Shown: positions 18,208 through 29,630, counted from the stretch's first letter. The stretch: 37,974 nt of DNA from a virus (IMGVR_UViG_2778261505_000008:1-37974), one strand, 5' to 3'. Notes: generated from the sequence alone by a model not told the origin. Numbers and translations: made by a program.

Positions 18208-18671
18208 GCAGAGTCACCGCGATTATCTCCGCTCTGGTTATTTGCATCATCGTCTGCCTGTCATGGGCTGTTAATCATTACCGTGATAACGCCATCGCCT
18301 ACAAAGAACAGCATGATAAAAAAGTCAGTGAGCTGAAGCAGGCGACCGCCACCATTACTGACATGCAACAACGCCAGCGTGCTGCTGATGCACTCGATGC
18401 TAAATACACGAAGGAGTTAGCTGATGCGAAAGCTGAAAATGATGCTCTTCGGCGCAAGCTTGATAATGGTGGTCGGGTGCTCGTCAAAGGAAAATGCTCT
18501 GTGCCATCCTCAGCCGAAACCTCCAGCGCCTCCGGCATGGGCAATGATGCCACCGTCGAACTCTCTCCAGTTGCTGGACGAAACGTTCTCGGTATCCGGG
18601 ACGGAATTATCCGCGACCAAACAGCACTGAGAACGCTTCAGGAATACATCAGGACGCAATGCCTTCGATGA
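18204..18671 (+). CDS. Rz: i-spanin Rz
   Basis: ATG at 18204 with GGGGG upstream, overlapping the endolysin stop. [31 protein letters not shown]... matches remembered lambda Rz. Confidence 0.9.
   Translation: MSRVTAIISALVICIIVCLSWAVNHYRDNAIAYKEQHDKKVSELKQATATITDMQQRQRAADALDAKYTKELADAKAENDALRRKLDNGGRVLVKGKCSVPSSAETSSASGMGNDATVELSPVAGRNVLGIRDGIIRDQTALRTLQEYIRTQCLR
18424..18630 (+). CDS. Rz1: o-spanin Rz1 lipoprotein, embedded in Rz in the +1 frame
   Basis: ORF track 18424..18630 (+). [22 protein letters not shown]... has a lipobox (VVGC) and a proline-rich mature region. Confidence 0.85.
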   Translation: MRKLKMMLFGASLIMVVGCSSKENALCHPQPKPPAPPAWAMMPPSNSLQLLDETFSVSGTELSATKQH

Positions 18672-18844
18672 TAACGATAATTTTACTCATCATCCTTCAC
18701 ATCTGGCTCTGTAGACAGGGTGGTGATCACTTCTGGAGTGAATCCAGATTAAACATCTCATTGCTGATGCTTGATATTGAGCATCTGGCGCGCGGTAAGG
18801 GGCTGCGTTGAGATAAGAGCCAGTCATCACAAACACCAGGATTT

Positions 18845-18869
18845 AGCCTCGCATTCGCGGGGTTTTTTT
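18845..18869 (+). terminator. Rho-independent terminator downstream of Rz
   Basis: cctcgc-attc-gcgggg (6-bp stem including one G-U pair) followed by 7 T (18863-18869). Confidence 0.55.
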
Positions 18870-18893
18870 ATTCCCAACTCCATAGGTAATTTT

Positions 18894-19373
18894 ATGACCC
18901 AGCATATTGGCGTAAAACTGATTAACGCCTTTCCGATGACGAGACAGGCATATAACGATTTTCGTGGCTGGCAGCTTCCTGCCGGAGAAAACGGCGAGGA
19001 CGAAGGCTATCTGGTTGAATATCTGGATGGCGGAAAACCTAACACCGATCGCTTTGATGGCTACGTTAGCTGGAGTCCAAAAGAAGTATTCGAAAAGGCT
19101 TATCGTCCGGTATCAGGGCTAAGTTTCGGCCTTGCCATGGAAGCGTTAAAACAGGGCAAAAGTTTGCAGCGGGCAGGATGGAATGGGAAAGACCAGTTTG
19201 TTTATCTCGTGAAAGGGGAAAAATTAGCGTCTGCGTTGGGTTATGGCTTTGGCGAATATGTTGGCGAGCCAACTTTCAATGACACGCTTGTATTGAAAAA
19301 CTCACAGAACCGCCTTGCTACATGGGTTCCATCCATTGGCGACCTGATGGCTGAAGACTGGCAAATCATTTAA
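18894..19373 (+). CDS. Two-domain protein with C-terminal DUF2829-like domain (160 aa)
   Basis: ATG at 18894; the track ORF starts upstream at 18771 and would span the terminator. C-terminal LSFGLAMEALKQGKSLQRAGWNGKDQFVYLV...WVPSIGDLMAEDWQII fits the DUF2829 pattern as I remember it. Confidence 0.6.
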   Translation: MTQHIGVKLINAFPMTRQAYNDFRGWQLPAGENGEDEGYLVEYLDGGKPNTDRFDGYVSWSPKEVFEKAYRPVSGLSFGLAMEALKQGKSLQRAGWNGKDQFVYLVKGEKLASALGYGFGEYVGEPTFNDTLVLKNSQNRLATWVPSIGDLMAEDWQII

Positions 19374-19676
19374 CCATGTAGGCATTACAAAGCCTATCTA
19401 CGGGTGGGCTTGATAATGAAACCGGAGTTAATTTCTGGTCACTAATTAACGGCAGTACCGCGAAACAACCCAAGCCAGAAAGTGGGGAAATAACACTGGC
19501 AGCCACTGAAAGATGAACCTCCAGCCTTATGGCAAAAAAGATTCTTTGTGGTGGCGGACTGATGGAAAGACATCGGTTATTGCAGATGCCATTCAATGAG
19601 TGGTCTCGACAATGGCTTATACCCTACACGGGATAACTTAACTGATATCCCTTTTAACGGATAAACGGAGCCAACA

Positions 19677-19919
19677 ATGGCAGAGATTATTCCCATGACT
19701 GAAGAACAGAAATTCCAGTTAGAGATTTACAAACTGGTCATGAACCAGAACGCAGCCGCAGAAGAAGCATTTCAATTCATTGGCACTGACGAGCTGAAGC
19801 TTGAGCTATTTAAAATTCACTTCCAGTCAGGCGGCGCTAATTCAGATATCACGACCCGCACAATCGAAGCGGTGCGTAAATCGAAGGAAGCGTTAGACCT
19901 GTTCACCACCGGAGCATGA
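19677..19919 (+). CDS. Hypothetical protein (80 aa) upstream of terminase
   Basis: ORF track 19677..19919 (+). ACGGAG upstream. Acidic, helical. Confidence 0.55.
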   Translation: MAEIIPMTEEQKFQLEIYKLVMNQNAAAEEAFQFIGTDELKLELFKIHFQSGGANSDITTRTIEAVRKSKEALDLFTTGA

Positions 19920-19948
19920 TGCTCAACCTGAAATAACAACTAAGTGAG

Positions 19949-20443
19949 ATGAATATGGTAGCACCAAAGGGCAACCGATTTTGGGAGGCCCGCAGTAGTC
20001 ATGGGCGAAATCCTAAATTCGAATCGCCTGAGGCGCTGTGGGCTGCTTGTTGTGAATACTTCGAGTGGGTAGAAGCTAACCCGCTATGGGAGATGAAGGC
20101 GTTCTCGTATCAGGGGGAAGTGATACAAGAGCCTATCGCCAAGATGCGAGCGATGACCATTACCGGCCTCACTCTGTTCATTGATGTGACGCTTGAAACA
20201 TGGCGCACATATCGCCTGAGAGAAGATTTATCTGAAGTCGTTACGCGAGCAGAACAGGTCATCTACGACCAAAAATTCTCTGGCGCAGCCGCTGACCTTC
20301 TCAACGCTAACATCATCGCCCGTGATTTGGGCCTCAAAGAGCAGTCGCAAGTTGAAGACGTGACACCTGATAAGGGAGATCGCGATAAGCGGCGCTCTCG
20401 TATCAAGGAGCTATTCAACCGTGGAACTGGACGCGATTCTTGA
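19949..20443 (+). CDS. Terminase small subunit
   Basis: ORF track 19949..20443 (+). Directly upstream of and overlapping the large-subunit gene. Basic C-terminus. Assignment by position and size. Confidence 0.7.
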   Translation: MNMVAPKGNRFWEARSSHGRNPKFESPEALWAACCEYFEWVEANPLWEMKAFSYQGEVIQEPIAKMRAMTITGLTLFIDVTLETWRTYRLREDLSEVVTRAEQVIYDQKFSGAAADLLNANIIARDLGLKEQSQVEDVTPDKGDRDKRRSRIKELFNRGTGRDS

Positions 20444-21917
20444 TAACCTGAGCGACGAAGAGCAAATCGAATTGCTCGAGCTACTCGAAGAAGAAGAGAA
20501 CTACCGGAACACACACCTGCTATATGAATTTACGCCATACAGCAAACAGCGTGAGTTCATCGACGCCGGGCATGACTATCCAGAGCGATGTTTTATGGCT
20601 GGTAACCAGCTTGGCAAGTCATTTACTGGTGCTGCTGAAGTCGCGTTTCACCTTACCGGGCGTTATCCGGGAACAAAAGGCTATCCGGCTGATGGTAAAT
20701 ATGGCGGGGAGTGGAAAGGTAAGCGTTTCTATGAGCCTGTTGTCTTCTGGATTGGTGGCGAGACAAACGAGACTGTAACCAAAACGACTCAACGCATCCT
20801 GTGCGGTCGTATCGAAGAGAATGGTGAGCCAGGCTACGGTTCCATACCGAAAGAGGACATCATTAGCTGGAAGAAGTCTCCTTTCTTTCCGAATCTTGTT
20901 GATCACCTTCTGGTTAAGCATCACACGGCTGATGGCGTTGAAGATGGCATTTCAATCTGCTACTTCAAACCATACTCGCAAGGCCGTGCTCGCTGGCAGG
21001 GTGACACAATCCACGGCGTGTGGTTTGACGAAGAGCCACCATACAGCATTTATGGCGAAGGGCTTACCCGTACCAACAAATACGGGCAATTCTCAATCCT
21101 GACGTTTACCCCGCTGATGGGGATGTCTGACGTTGTTACCAAGTTCCTGAAGAATCCCAGCAAGTCGCAGAAAGTGGTCAACATGACCATCTATGACGCT
21201 GAGCACTACACCGACGAGCAGAAAGAGCAAATCATCGCATCCTATCCTGAGCATGAGAGAGAGGCGCGTGCTCGCGGTATTCCTACGATGGGTAGTGGTC
21301 GAATCTTCCAGATACCGGAAGAGACTATTAAGTGTCAGCCGTTCGAGTGTCCTGATCACTTCTACGTCATCAATGCAATGGACTTCGGATGGGATCACCC
21401 ACAGGCACATATCCAGCTTTGGTGGGATAAAGACGAGGACGTGATTTATCTCTCTCGCGTCTGGAAGGCCAAACAGAAGAAGGCGACAGAGGCATGGAGT
21501 GCTGTTAAAGCATGGAGCAAAAACACCCCTACGGCTTGGCCTCATGACGGGCATCAGCACGAAAAGGGAGGCGGCGCTCAGCTCAAGGAACAATACGCCG
21601 ACGCTGGGTTCGACATGTTGCCAGAGCATGCAACATGGCCTGATGGAGGTAATGCGGTCGAACCCGGGATAGCAGAGATACGCGACATGATGCTCGACGG
21701 TCGCTTCAAAGTATTCAACACCTGTGAGCCATTCTTTGAAGAGTTTCGCCTGTATCACCGCGATGAGAACGGGAAGATCGTCAAGCTAAATGACGACATC
21801 CTTTCTGCTGTTCGCTATGGCTACATGATGAGGCGTTTTGCAATACAGATGCGAGACATCAAAGATCCTAAAGAGATTGATTACTCAAGCTACAACATAC
21901 CTTGCGGAGTTGGATGA
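20421..21917 (+). CDS. Terminase large subunit
   Basis: ORF track 20421..21917 (+), GTG start. Walker A-like [11 protein letters not shown] in the N-terminal ATPase domain; C-terminal nuclease domain. Confidence 0.9.
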   Translation: MELDAILDNLSDEEQIELLELLEEEENYRNTHLLYEFTPYSKQREFIDAGHDYPERCFMAGNQLGKSFTGAAEVAFHLTGRYPGTKGYPADGKYGGEWKGKRFYEPVVFWIGGETNETVTKTTQRILCGRIEENGEPGYGSIPKEDIISWKKSPFFPNLVDHLLVKHHTADGVEDGISICYFKPYSQGRARWQGDTIHGVWFDEEPPYSIYGEGLTRTNKYGQFSILTFTPLMGMSDVVTKFLKNPSKSQKVVNMTIYDAEHYTDEQKEQIIASYPEHEREARARGIPTMGSGRIFQIPEETIKCQPFECPDHFYVINAMDFGWDHPQAHIQLWWDKDEDVIYLSRVWKAKQKKATEAWSAVKAWSKNTPTAWPHDGHQHEKGGGAQLKEQYADAGFDMLPEHATWPDGGNAVEPGIAEIRDMMLDGRFKVFNTCEPFFEEFRLYHRDENGKIVKLNDDILSAVRYGYMMRRFAIQMRDIKDPKEIDYSSYNIPCGVG

Positions 21918-24118
21918 TGGCTGATGATAGAAAGATGACTGACTGGCATCGCAAGGTGCTGTGCAACTTTGATAATGCCTGGTCAGCAACGCAGGATATG
22001 CGTGAGCAGATTATTGAGGCTCAACGTTTCGTCAGGGTGTCCGGCGCACAGTGGGAAGGCAGCACAAACGCTGGTTACTCATTTGATGAAGGCAGGTTTG
22101 AGCATTATCCGCGTTTTGAACTGAATAAGATTTCCCGTGAATGTGATCGCATCATTGGCGAGTATCGACAGAATCGCATCAGCGTTAAATTCAGGCCGAA
22201 GGATGACAAGGCATCGGAAGCGTTAGCCGAAAAGATGAACGGCAAATTCCGCGCTGACTATCAGGAAACATCCGGTGGTGAAGCGTGTGACAACGCATTT
22301 GATGATGCTGTAACGGGCGGATTCGGTTGTTTCCGCATGTGTGCCGATTACGAAGATGAAATGGACCCAAGTAACGAGCAGCGACGCATCAGCCTTCTTC
22401 CTGTTTACGACCCGGCGACATGCGTCTTCTTCGATCAGGACAGCAAGCAATATGACCGCTCTGATGCTATGTGGGCTATGGAAATGTTCTCCATGACGCC
22501 TAAAGCGTTCGAGGCTGAATACCCTGATTCCATTGCGGCAAGCCTTTCTCGTGATGACACTGGCACTCAATATGACTGGTCAACGCCTGATGCCATCTAT
22601 GTTGGACGCTACTACGAAGTTCGCATAGAGAAGGTGAAGCTCACAGCATGGCGTAACCCTGTTAGCGGAGAAACGGCAATCTATGATGAAGAGCAAATCA
22701 AAGATATTGTCGACGAGCTGACCGATGGCGCATTCGAACTGATTGGTGAGCGGACAGTGAAGAAACGCCGAGTTTATTGCGGTCTTCTTTCTGGCGCTGA
22801 ATGGCTGGAAGAACCGAAGCGTATTCCGGGCGAACATATTCCTCTCATCCCGGTATATGGGCGTCGCTCATTTGTTGATAATCAGGAGCGAATCGAAGGC
22901 CACGCAGCAAAAGCGATGGATGCACAGCGTCTTGAGAACCTGATGGTTTCCATGATTGCAGATAACGCTACTCAGGCTGGCGGTGATGGCATTCCTATCG
23001 TGGATGTTGATTTCATTCCCGGCCCATTAATGAATCACTGGGCAGAGAGGAATAAGAAAAGACCTGCAGTTCTTCCCATGACCAGCAAGAAGGACAAAAA
23101 CGGAACGGTCATTTCAGAGGCTCAGGTTGCTGGCTGGACACCTCCGACACAAATGCCTCCTGCTCTTGCCGGGCTATTGCAGTACACCGGAACGGCTATT
23201 CAGCAAATTACAGGTGCGTCGCAGCTTGAGAACATGCCGAGCAACGTCGCCACCGATACCGTTGATAGCATTTTTAACCGGATGGACACGCAGTCCTATA
23301 TCTACATGGACAACATGGCTAAATCCATGCGCCGCGCTGGCGTCGTGTGGCTTTCTATGGCTCGTGAAGTCTATGGCAGCGATACGCCAATGCGCATCGT
23401 TAATGAGGATGGCAGCGATGACGTGGCGCTGATGACTGGTGAAGTGGTTGACCGTCAGACAGGACAGGTTATCGCGCTTAATGACCTTTCGCAGGGTAAC
23501 TATGAAGTGACTGTCGATGTTGGTCAGTCGTTCGCTACTCGCCGTGATGCAACGGTTAAGTCGTTACTTTCCATGCTGGCACTTATCCCACCAGGAACGC
23601 CGAAGCACGACCTTGTATCGTCGATGATTCTCGACAATATGGACGGCGAAGGGATGGAGGAACTGAAAGAATACAACCGCAATCAGTTGCTTCTGTCTGG
23701 AGTTATCAAGCCGAGAACACCAGAAGAACAGCAAATGGTTGAGCAGGCGAAACAACAACAGGCCAGTCAGCCAGATCCGGCTATGGTTGCAGCGCAAGGT
23801 CAGCTTCTTGCTGGTCAGGCTGAATTGCAGAAAGCGCAGAACGAACAAGCAGCCATTCAGGTTAAAGCATTCCAGGCACAGACGGATGCTCAGGTTGCAG
23901 CGGCAAATGTTGTGAAAATACTCGCATCTGCCGATAGTCAGCAGAAATCTGATATCCGCGAGGCTCTGAAACTGCTCGGACAGTTCCAGCAACAGCAAGG
24001 AGACAATGCCCGTGCTGATGCAGAGCTTGTCCTGAAAAGTCAGGCACAGGGCCATGCGCAGCGCATGGACATCAGCAGCATCCTGCAAAAATCAACTCAG
24101 CAACAACCACAGCAGTAA
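21914..24118 (+). CDS. Portal protein, P22 gp1-like
   Basis: ATG at 21914 overlapping the terminase stop. ...GEHIPLIPVYGRRSFVDNQERIEG... and C-terminal ...TPEEQQMVEQAKQQQASQPDPAMVAAQGQLLAGQAELQKAQNEQ... parallel the P22 portal including its glutamine-rich barrel. Confidence 0.9.
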   Translation: MMADDRKMTDWHRKVLCNFDNAWSATQDMREQIIEAQRFVRVSGAQWEGSTNAGYSFDEGRFEHYPRFELNKISRECDRIIGEYRQNRISVKFRPKDDKASEALAEKMNGKFRADYQETSGGEACDNAFDDAVTGGFGCFRMCADYEDEMDPSNEQRRISLLPVYDPATCVFFDQDSKQYDRSDAMWAMEMFSMTPKAFEAEYPDSIAASLSRDDTGTQYDWSTPDAIYVGRYYEVRIEKVKLTAWRNPVSGETAIYDEEQIKDIVDELTDGAFELIGERTVKKRRVYCGLLSGAEWLEEPKRIPGEHIPLIPVYGRRSFVDNQERIEGHAAKAMDAQRLENLMVSMIADNATQAGGDGIPIVDVDFIPGPLMNHWAERNKKRPAVLPMTSKKDKNGTVISEAQVAGWTPPTQMPPALAGLLQYTGTAIQQITGASQLENMPSNVATDTVDSIFNRMDTQSYIYMDNMAKSMRRAGVVWLSMAREVYGSDTPMRIVNEDGSDDVALMTGEVVDRQTGQVIALNDLSQGNYEVTVDVGQSFATRRDATVKSLLSMLALIPPGTPKHDLVSSMILDNMDGEGMEELKEYNRNQLLLSGVIKPRTPEEQQMVEQAKQQQASQPDPAMVAAQGQLLAGQAELQKAQNEQAAIQVKAFQAQTDAQVAAANVVKILASADSQQKSDIREALKLLGQFQQQQGDNARADAELVLKSQAQGHAQRMDISSILQKSTQQQPQQ

Positions 24119-24208
24119 TTAACCCATAACGTGCAATGGCTGTCTTTATGAGGCCTGGCACCCTATTGCCTTCCGATGGGCTGAACATCGAGTAAACAGG
24201 GGTAACAA

Positions 24209-25102
24209 ATGGACCAGATGGCAGAAAACACACCAGAAGTTGAAATCGAAACCGACGCGTCAGAGCAGATTCCTGATGATGTCGAACTGGCTGAAGAAGT
24301 CGAAACAGAAGATGGCAGTGAGTCCTCTGGCAATGATGCAGAGGAAGCTACTGAAACTGATGACGACGAATCAGAACAGGAATTCTACTTTGGTGACGAA
24401 AAGCTGGATTCGCCAACCAGCGAAGATAGCGCAGAGCATGGACTGGTAAAACACCTGCGCAAGACGATTAAAGAGAAAGACCGCGAGCTGAAAGAGCTGA
24501 TGCGTCAGTCTCAGAAACCCGTCGAGCAGCAGCCGGTAATCACTCAACCACCGCGAATGCCAAAACTGGACGATGAGGACATCGGTTTCGATGAAGAAAT
24601 CTACCAGCAACGCATGGCTAAGTGGGCAGAGGATAACGGCAAATACCAGGAGCAAGTACGAGAGCGGAAACGAGAGGAAGAGGCGCGTACCGCAACGCTT
24701 CAGCAGAAAGCAGCCAATTACATGCAGAGAGTAAAAGCACTGAAAGTGGCTGGCTACCAGGATGCAGAACAGGCTGTACGCGAAGATGTTCCTGTTCATA
24801 TTCAGGACATGATCCTTCTTGAGTCAGAGAAGCCGGAAATCGTTGTTCTGGCGCTTGGTCGCAACGCTGAACTGCGCAAGCAACTGGCAGAAGCTACCAA
24901 CCCCGTAGCAATTGGTCGTCTGCTGGAACGTATCGAATCTAAGGCCAGAATCATGCCAAAAGCAAAAACCACGGCAGCCACAACCCCGAGAGTTAAGGGG
25001 AGCAACGGCGCAGTAATCAATAACCTCGACAAACTGAAAGCCAAGGCGCTGGAAACTGGTGACTGGACGCCGTATTTCGCCGCTAAAAAGGCAAAAAAAT
25101 AA
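24209..25102 (+). CDS. Scaffolding protein, P22 gp8-like
   Basis: ORF track 24209..25102 (+). Very acidic N-terminus, helical middle, basic C-terminal ...WTPYFAAKKAKK. Position between portal and coat. Confidence 0.8.
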   Translation: MDQMAENTPEVEIETDASEQIPDDVELAEEVETEDGSESSGNDAEEATETDDDESEQEFYFGDEKLDSPTSEDSAEHGLVKHLRKTIKEKDRELKELMRQSQKPVEQQPVITQPPRMPKLDDEDIGFDEEIYQQRMAKWAEDNGKYQEQVRERKREEEARTATLQQKAANYMQRVKALKVAGYQDAEQAVREDVPVHIQDMILLESEKPEIVVLALGRNAELRKQLAEATNPVAIGRLLERIESKARIMPKAKTTAATTPRVKGSNGAVINNLDKLKAKALETGDWTPYFAAKKAKK

Positions 25103-25120
25103 CCTATCGGAGCATTAAGC

Positions 25121-26374
25121 ATGGCTAACCAATTAGCAAAAGACCTTGAAATCATGTTCGAAAACTACGTTGAAGGCTTTGAGGCCGCCTGCGTAGTTTC
25201 CCGTAACGCTAAAAAATTCCGTCCCGGTGATACAGCAATGCAGCGAGCAGGTGATGTTCTGTATCGTCCGCAGCATTACCACATGAACATTGAGGAAGGC
25301 CTAGACCTCAGCGGCAAAACGCCAACAGCACTGGTTCAGCGCCTTGTTCCTTCTGTATTCAAGGAGCCGAAAAACATTCTGTACACTCTGGATGCGCGTG
25401 AAATGCGTGACCCTGAGCATAAAACTGAAGCTGGTCGCGCCGCAGGTATGCGCCTTGCTGCACAGATTGACTCTGACCTAATTTCCATGGTTACGCAGCG
25501 TGCTACTAACGTGATCACAATGGCTGACTCAACCACTGGTTCACAGGGCCGTGATTTGTGGAACTGTGCGGCAGGTATTGATGCCACCATGACGGCGATT
25601 GGTGTACCTCAGGGTATCAACCGTCGCTCTTTCTGGAACCCCTTCAACTACAAAGACCTTGCTGGCGAGCTTGGTCACCGTGCCTATGCTCAGGGCGCAA
25701 CCCTGACAGCATACGAAAAAGCGCAGATCCCTCCGGTTGCGTCCTTTGATAGCTACAAGACCGATATTTCTGGTCGATTACCGAAAGGAAGCACTGAATC
25801 CTTGACAGTATCAGGCCAACCTGAACACAAGGTTGAAGCGAAAGATTCAAATGGTATGCCAGTTGATAACCGACAGGGGACTATTACGGTATCTGCATCT
25901 GGCTTGCAGGTTGGTGATGCGTTCACCATTGCCGGTGTGAATTCCGTACACCAGATCACAAAAGATACCACCGGTCAACCGCAGGTATTCCGTGTTCTGG
26001 CTGTTAGCGGAACTACCGTAACAATTTCTCCAAAGATTCTCCCTGTTGAAAATACTGATGTTGCGAGTCGTCCATATGCAAACGTCGATGCCAAACCGGC
26101 AGAATCAGCAGCAATCACCATTCTCAACAAGAACGCAGCACCTGCTAACCTGTTCTGGGCTGATGGTTCTGTTGAGCTGATGTACGGCAAACTGGCGTTC
26201 CCGACTGGTCAGGGTCCACAGGTAATGACAGCAACCACCGAGCAGGGCGCTACGCTGATCATGTCTTACGCCTTCGACCACATCAAAGGCGTAACCACTG
26301 CGCGTTTCACCACTCTGTACGGTTGCTCTGTACTGGTTCCTGAATATACGGGCATCGTTATTGCCGGGCAGTAA
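25121..26374 (+). CDS. Major coat protein, P22 gp5-like
   Basis: ORF track 25121..26374 (+). Size and position; ...ILNKNAAPANLFWADGSVELMYGKL... parallels a P22 coat segment. Followed by a strong terminator. Confidence 0.9.
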   Translation: MANQLAKDLEIMFENYVEGFEAACVVSRNAKKFRPGDTAMQRAGDVLYRPQHYHMNIEEGLDLSGKTPTALVQRLVPSVFKEPKNILYTLDAREMRDPEHKTEAGRAAGMRLAAQIDSDLISMVTQRATNVITMADSTTGSQGRDLWNCAAGIDATMTAIGVPQGINRRSFWNPFNYKDLAGELGHRAYAQGATLTAYEKAQIPPVASFDSYKTDISGRLPKGSTESLTVSGQPEHKVEAKDSNGMPVDNRQGTITVSASGLQVGDAFTIAGVNSVHQITKDTTGQPQVFRVLAVSGTTVTISPKILPVENTDVASRPYANVDAKPAESAAITILNKNAAPANLFWADGSVELMYGKLAFPTGQGPQVMTATTEQGATLIMSYAFDHIKGVTTARFTTLYGCSVLVPEYTGIVIAGQ

Positions 26375-26378
26375 TTTT

Positions 26379-26404
26379 GGTGGGGCTTCGGCCCCATTTT
26401 TATT
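26379..26404 (+). terminator. Rho-independent terminator after the coat gene
   Basis: tggggc-ttcg-gcccca (6-bp stem, tetraloop) followed by tttttatt. Confidence 0.7.
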
Positions 26405-26415
26405 GGGAGAAGACA

Positions 26416-26604
26416 ATGGCACGAACAATGCTCTATAAGCCTGGCAACATGATCACCTGTGGTCAGTTTGCTGTCGATTACATCATTGTTGATGACGAAG
26501 AAGTTAAATCTCACCTGAAAAAAGGTTGGGTAAAAACTCCTGAAGAAACCGCAACGAAGCAAAAAGTGGCTAAGGCGGAAGAAGATGGCGAAAACGAAGG
26601 GTGA
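26416..26604 (+). CDS. Small hypothetical protein (62 aa)
   Basis: ATG at 26416 with GGGAGAAG upstream. MARTMLYKPGNMITCGQFAVDYIIVDDEE.... The track ORF starts at 26377, inside the terminator. Confidence 0.5.
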   Translation: MARTMLYKPGNMITCGQFAVDYIIVDDEEVKSHLKKGWVKTPEETATKQKVAKAEEDGENEG

Positions 26605-27046
26605 TCTCGTTCTAAAGGCTTTACGAAAAGCCGGGCTGTATTCCAATGCCACGTTGACAGATGCTGACCCTCAGGCAATTGAAGATGCCATTAATGACCT
26701 CGAAGACATGATGGCAGCATGGCAGGCGAAAGGTATCGAGCTTGGATATCAGTTTGCGGATACAGAAAACGGCATCATGCCGTTACCTGACGATGATTCA
26801 GGTATCCCTGCATGGGCAAATGATGGCGTCGCTTTGAAACTCGCTGTGCAAGTGTGCATGGATAACGTCATTCAGCCGTCAGACGCTCTCCTTACCGCTG
26901 CTGACAGTGCATATCAGACAATCTGTATCGCTTTAACCAAAATACCACCACTTGAGCGACGAAATGACATGCCTCGCGGGGCGGGGTTAAAAAGCGCGTT
27001 TACGTGGAATCGGTTTTACATCGAGAAAGATGATCCGAGTACGTGA
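26585..27046 (+). CDS. Head-to-tail adaptor, P22 gp4-like
   Basis: ORF track 26585..27046 (+). MAKTKGDLVLKALRKAGLYSNATLTDADPQAIEDAINDLEDMMAAWQ parallels the remembered P22 gp4 N-terminus. Confidence 0.8.
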   Translation: MAKTKGDLVLKALRKAGLYSNATLTDADPQAIEDAINDLEDMMAAWQAKGIELGYQFADTENGIMPLPDDDSGIPAWANDGVALKLAVQVCMDNVIQPSDALLTAADSAYQTICIALTKIPPLERRNDMPRGAGLKSAFTWNRFYIEKDDPST

Positions 27047-27055
27047 GGTGAATAA

Positions 27056-28474
27056 ATGCCGATTCAGCAACTTCCGCTTATGAAAGGTGTCGGCAAAGAT
27101 TTCAGAAACGCCGACTACATCGACTATCTGCCAGTGAATATGCTGGCTACACCCAAAGAAATACTCAACAGCAGCGGATATCTTCGCTCATTCCCGGGCA
27201 TTGCAAAACGTTCCGACGTGAACGGTGTATCGCGCGGAGTCGAGTACAACATGGCGCAGAATGCTGTTTATCGCGTTTGCGGTGGCAAGTTGTATAAGGG
27301 CGGAAGCGAGGTCGGTGACGTCGCCGGAAGTGGTCGCGTATCAATGGCTCATGGTAGGACATCACAGGCTGTAGGCGTTAACGGGCAACTGGTCGAGTAT
27401 CGCTATGATGGCACGGTTAAAACCGTCTCAAACTGGCCTACAGACAGCGGATTCACGCAGTATGAGTTAGGCTCAGTACGCGACATTACGCGCTTACGTG
27501 GGCGTTATGCGTGGTCAAAAGACGGCACTGATTCATGGTTTATCACTGACCTTGAAGACGAATCACATCCTGACCGATACAGCGCACAATATCGCGCAGA
27601 ATCGCAGCCTGACGGCATCATCGGCATCGGAACATGGCGAGACTTCATCGTCTGCTTTGGTTCATCGACGATTGAATATTTTTCCCTGACTGGTGCAACC
27701 ACTGTTGGTGCCGCTTTGTATGTCGCCCAGCCATCGTTGATGGTGCAAAAAGGAATCGCCGGAACCTACTGCAAAACGCCGTTTGCTGATTCGTATGCGT
27801 TCATCAGCAATCCGGCAACAGGTGCGCCGTCTGTTTACATCATCGGTTCCGGTCAGGTATCACCAATCGCCAGCGCGAGCATTGAGAAAATACTACGCTC
27901 CTACACTGCTGATGAACTGGCTGATGGTGTGATGGAATCGCTGCGATTTGATGCTCATGAGTTGCTGATTATCCACCTTCCGCGCCATGTTCTCGTGTAC
28001 GACGCATCTTCAAGCGCCAATGGTTCGCAATGGTGTGTGTTGAAAACTGGCTTGTATGACGATGTGTACCGCGCTATCGACTTCATTTACGAAGGCAATC
28101 AGATAACGTGCGGCGATAAGCTGGAATCCGTGACCGGGAAATTGCAGTTCGATATCAGCAGCCAGTACGACAAGCAGCAGGAACACCTGCTGTTTACTCC
28201 GTTGTTCAAAGCGGATAACGCCAGAGTTTTCGACCTTGAAGTTGAATCGTCAACTGGAGTTGCGCAGTATGCTGACCGCCTTTTTCTCTCTGCAACCACT
28301 GACGGCATCAATTACGGGCGTGAGCAGATGATTGAGCAGAATGAACCGTTCGTTTACGACAAACGCGTTTTGTGGAAGCGGGTCGGACGCATCAGGAAAA
28401 ATGTCGGCTTCAAATTGCGCGTTATCACTAAGTCACCTGTCACTCTCTCAGGCTGCCAGATAAGGATTGAGTAA
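27056..28474 (+). CDS. Tail hub protein, P22 gp10-like
   Basis: ORF track 27056..28474 (+). [49 protein letters not shown]... is near-identical to remembered P22 gp10. Confidence 0.9.
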   Translation: MPIQQLPLMKGVGKDFRNADYIDYLPVNMLATPKEILNSSGYLRSFPGIAKRSDVNGVSRGVEYNMAQNAVYRVCGGKLYKGGSEVGDVAGSGRVSMAHGRTSQAVGVNGQLVEYRYDGTVKTVSNWPTDSGFTQYELGSVRDITRLRGRYAWSKDGTDSWFITDLEDESHPDRYSAQYRAESQPDGIIGIGTWRDFIVCFGSSTIEYFSLTGATTVGAALYVAQPSLMVQKGIAGTYCKTPFADSYAFISNPATGAPSVYIIGSGQVSPIASASIEKILRSYTADELADGVMESLRFDAHELLIIHLPRHVLVYDASSSANGSQWCVLKTGLYDDVYRAIDFIYEGNQITCGDKLESVTGKLQFDISSQYDKQQEHLLFTPLFKADNARVFDLEVESSTGVAQYADRLFLSATTDGINYGREQMIEQNEPFVYDKRVLWKRVGRIRKNVGFKLRVITKSPVTLSGCQIRIE

Positions 28475-29175
28475 TGGTTGATTCATCACTGAATGATCCT
28501 GTCGTGGTTCAGGCTACGCGCCTTGATGCTTCAATTTTGCCACGCAATATATTCAGCCAGTCTTACCTGCTGTATGTCATAAATCAGGGAGCTGATGTCG
28601 GTGCAATTGCTGGGAAGGCAAATCAGGCTGGTCAGGGCGCTTACGATGCCCAGGTAAAAAACGATGAACAGGACGTAGAACTGGCTGATCACGACGCAAG
28701 AATCACCGCAAACACAAAAGCGATAAATCTCCTTGAGGTCAGGTTAACAACCGCCGAAGGGAAGATAGTCGTACTGCGTAGCGATGTTGATTACTTGCTG
28801 GATGAGGTTATCGATATTCAGGGGCATCTGGTCACTGTTGACCAAAGACTGGATGACGTAGAAAACGATGTCTCTGGCATTAAGAGTGATTACGTATCGA
28901 AAACCGTAACAGAATTGCAGTCTCTTGCGTCACCGCTGGATGTAAAAACATCATATTCAGTTGATGGAATTCAGGTTGTTGGAGCAAGAAATACCGGATG
29001 GACTGCAGCCACAGGTACACCTCTTCTTGGCTCATTCAACGCTAACCAGTCATACACAGTCGGCACTACGTACACACAATCCGAAGTCGCAGCCCTCGCT
29101 ACAGGTTTGCAGCAGGCGCGGCAGCGTATTCTGGCGCTTGAAACGGCACTTAGATTACATGGGCTGATTGACTGA
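28474..29175 (+). CDS. Tail needle, P22 gp26-like
   Basis: ORF track 28474..29175 (+). N-terminus ...[32 protein letters not shown]... and C-terminus ...[14 protein letters not shown] match remembered P22 gp26. Confidence 0.9.
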   Translation: MVDSSLNDPVVVQATRLDASILPRNIFSQSYLLYVINQGADVGAIAGKANQAGQGAYDAQVKNDEQDVELADHDARITANTKAINLLEVRLTTAEGKIVVLRSDVDYLLDEVIDIQGHLVTVDQRLDDVENDVSGIKSDYVSKTVTELQSLASPLDVKTSYSVDGIQVVGARNTGWTAATGTPLLGSFNANQSYTVGTTYTQSEVAALATGLQQARQRILALETALRLHGLID

Positions 29176-29630
29176 TGATTACATTCAAACCAACGCGAAA
29201 CATCGACCTGATAGAAGCCGTAGGAAATCACCCTGACATTATCGCCGGGAGCAACAACGGTGATGGATACGACTACAAACCTGAATGCCGTTACTTTGAG
29301 GTGAACGTGCACGGGCAGTTCGGCGGAATTGTTTACTATCAGGAGATTCAGCCGCTGACCTTTGATTGCCACGCCATGTACCTGCCAGAGATTCGCGGCT
29401 TCAGCAAGGAAATCGGGCTGGCGTTCTGGCGATACATTCTGACTAACACCACCGTTCAGTGCGTCACATCGTTCGCTGCACGCAAATTCCGCCACGGGCA
29501 GATGTACTGCGCAATGATTGGCCTTAAGCGTGTAGGAACCATCAAGAAATACTTCAAAGGCGTGGATGACGTGACGTTTTACAGCGCCACACGCGAAGAA
29601 CTAATCGACTTCCTGAAGCACGGGAGATAG
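29175..29630 (+). CDS. P22 gene 14-position protein (151 aa)
   Basis: ORF track 29175..29630 (+). ATGA overlap with the gp26 stop. Called by synteny (26-14-7-20-16). Confidence 0.65.
   Translation: MITFKPTRNIDLIEAVGNHPDIIAGSNNGDGYDYKPECRYFEVNVHGQFGGIVYYQEIQPLTFDCHAMYLPEIRGFSKEIGLAFWRYILTNTTVQCVTSFAARKFRHGQMYCAMIGLKRVGTIKKYFKGVDDVTFYSATREELIDFLKHGR

Noticed and set aside
21093-21758. 221-aa minus-strand ORF inside the large terminase gene
   Set aside because: Antisense shadow ORF within a gene that has clear ATPase and nuclease motifs.
23564-24088. 174-aa minus-strand ORF inside the portal gene, and similar antisense ORFs in coat, gp10 and gp16
   Set aside because: Antisense to genes with strong P22-like protein similarity; Cys/Leu-rich low-complexity translations.
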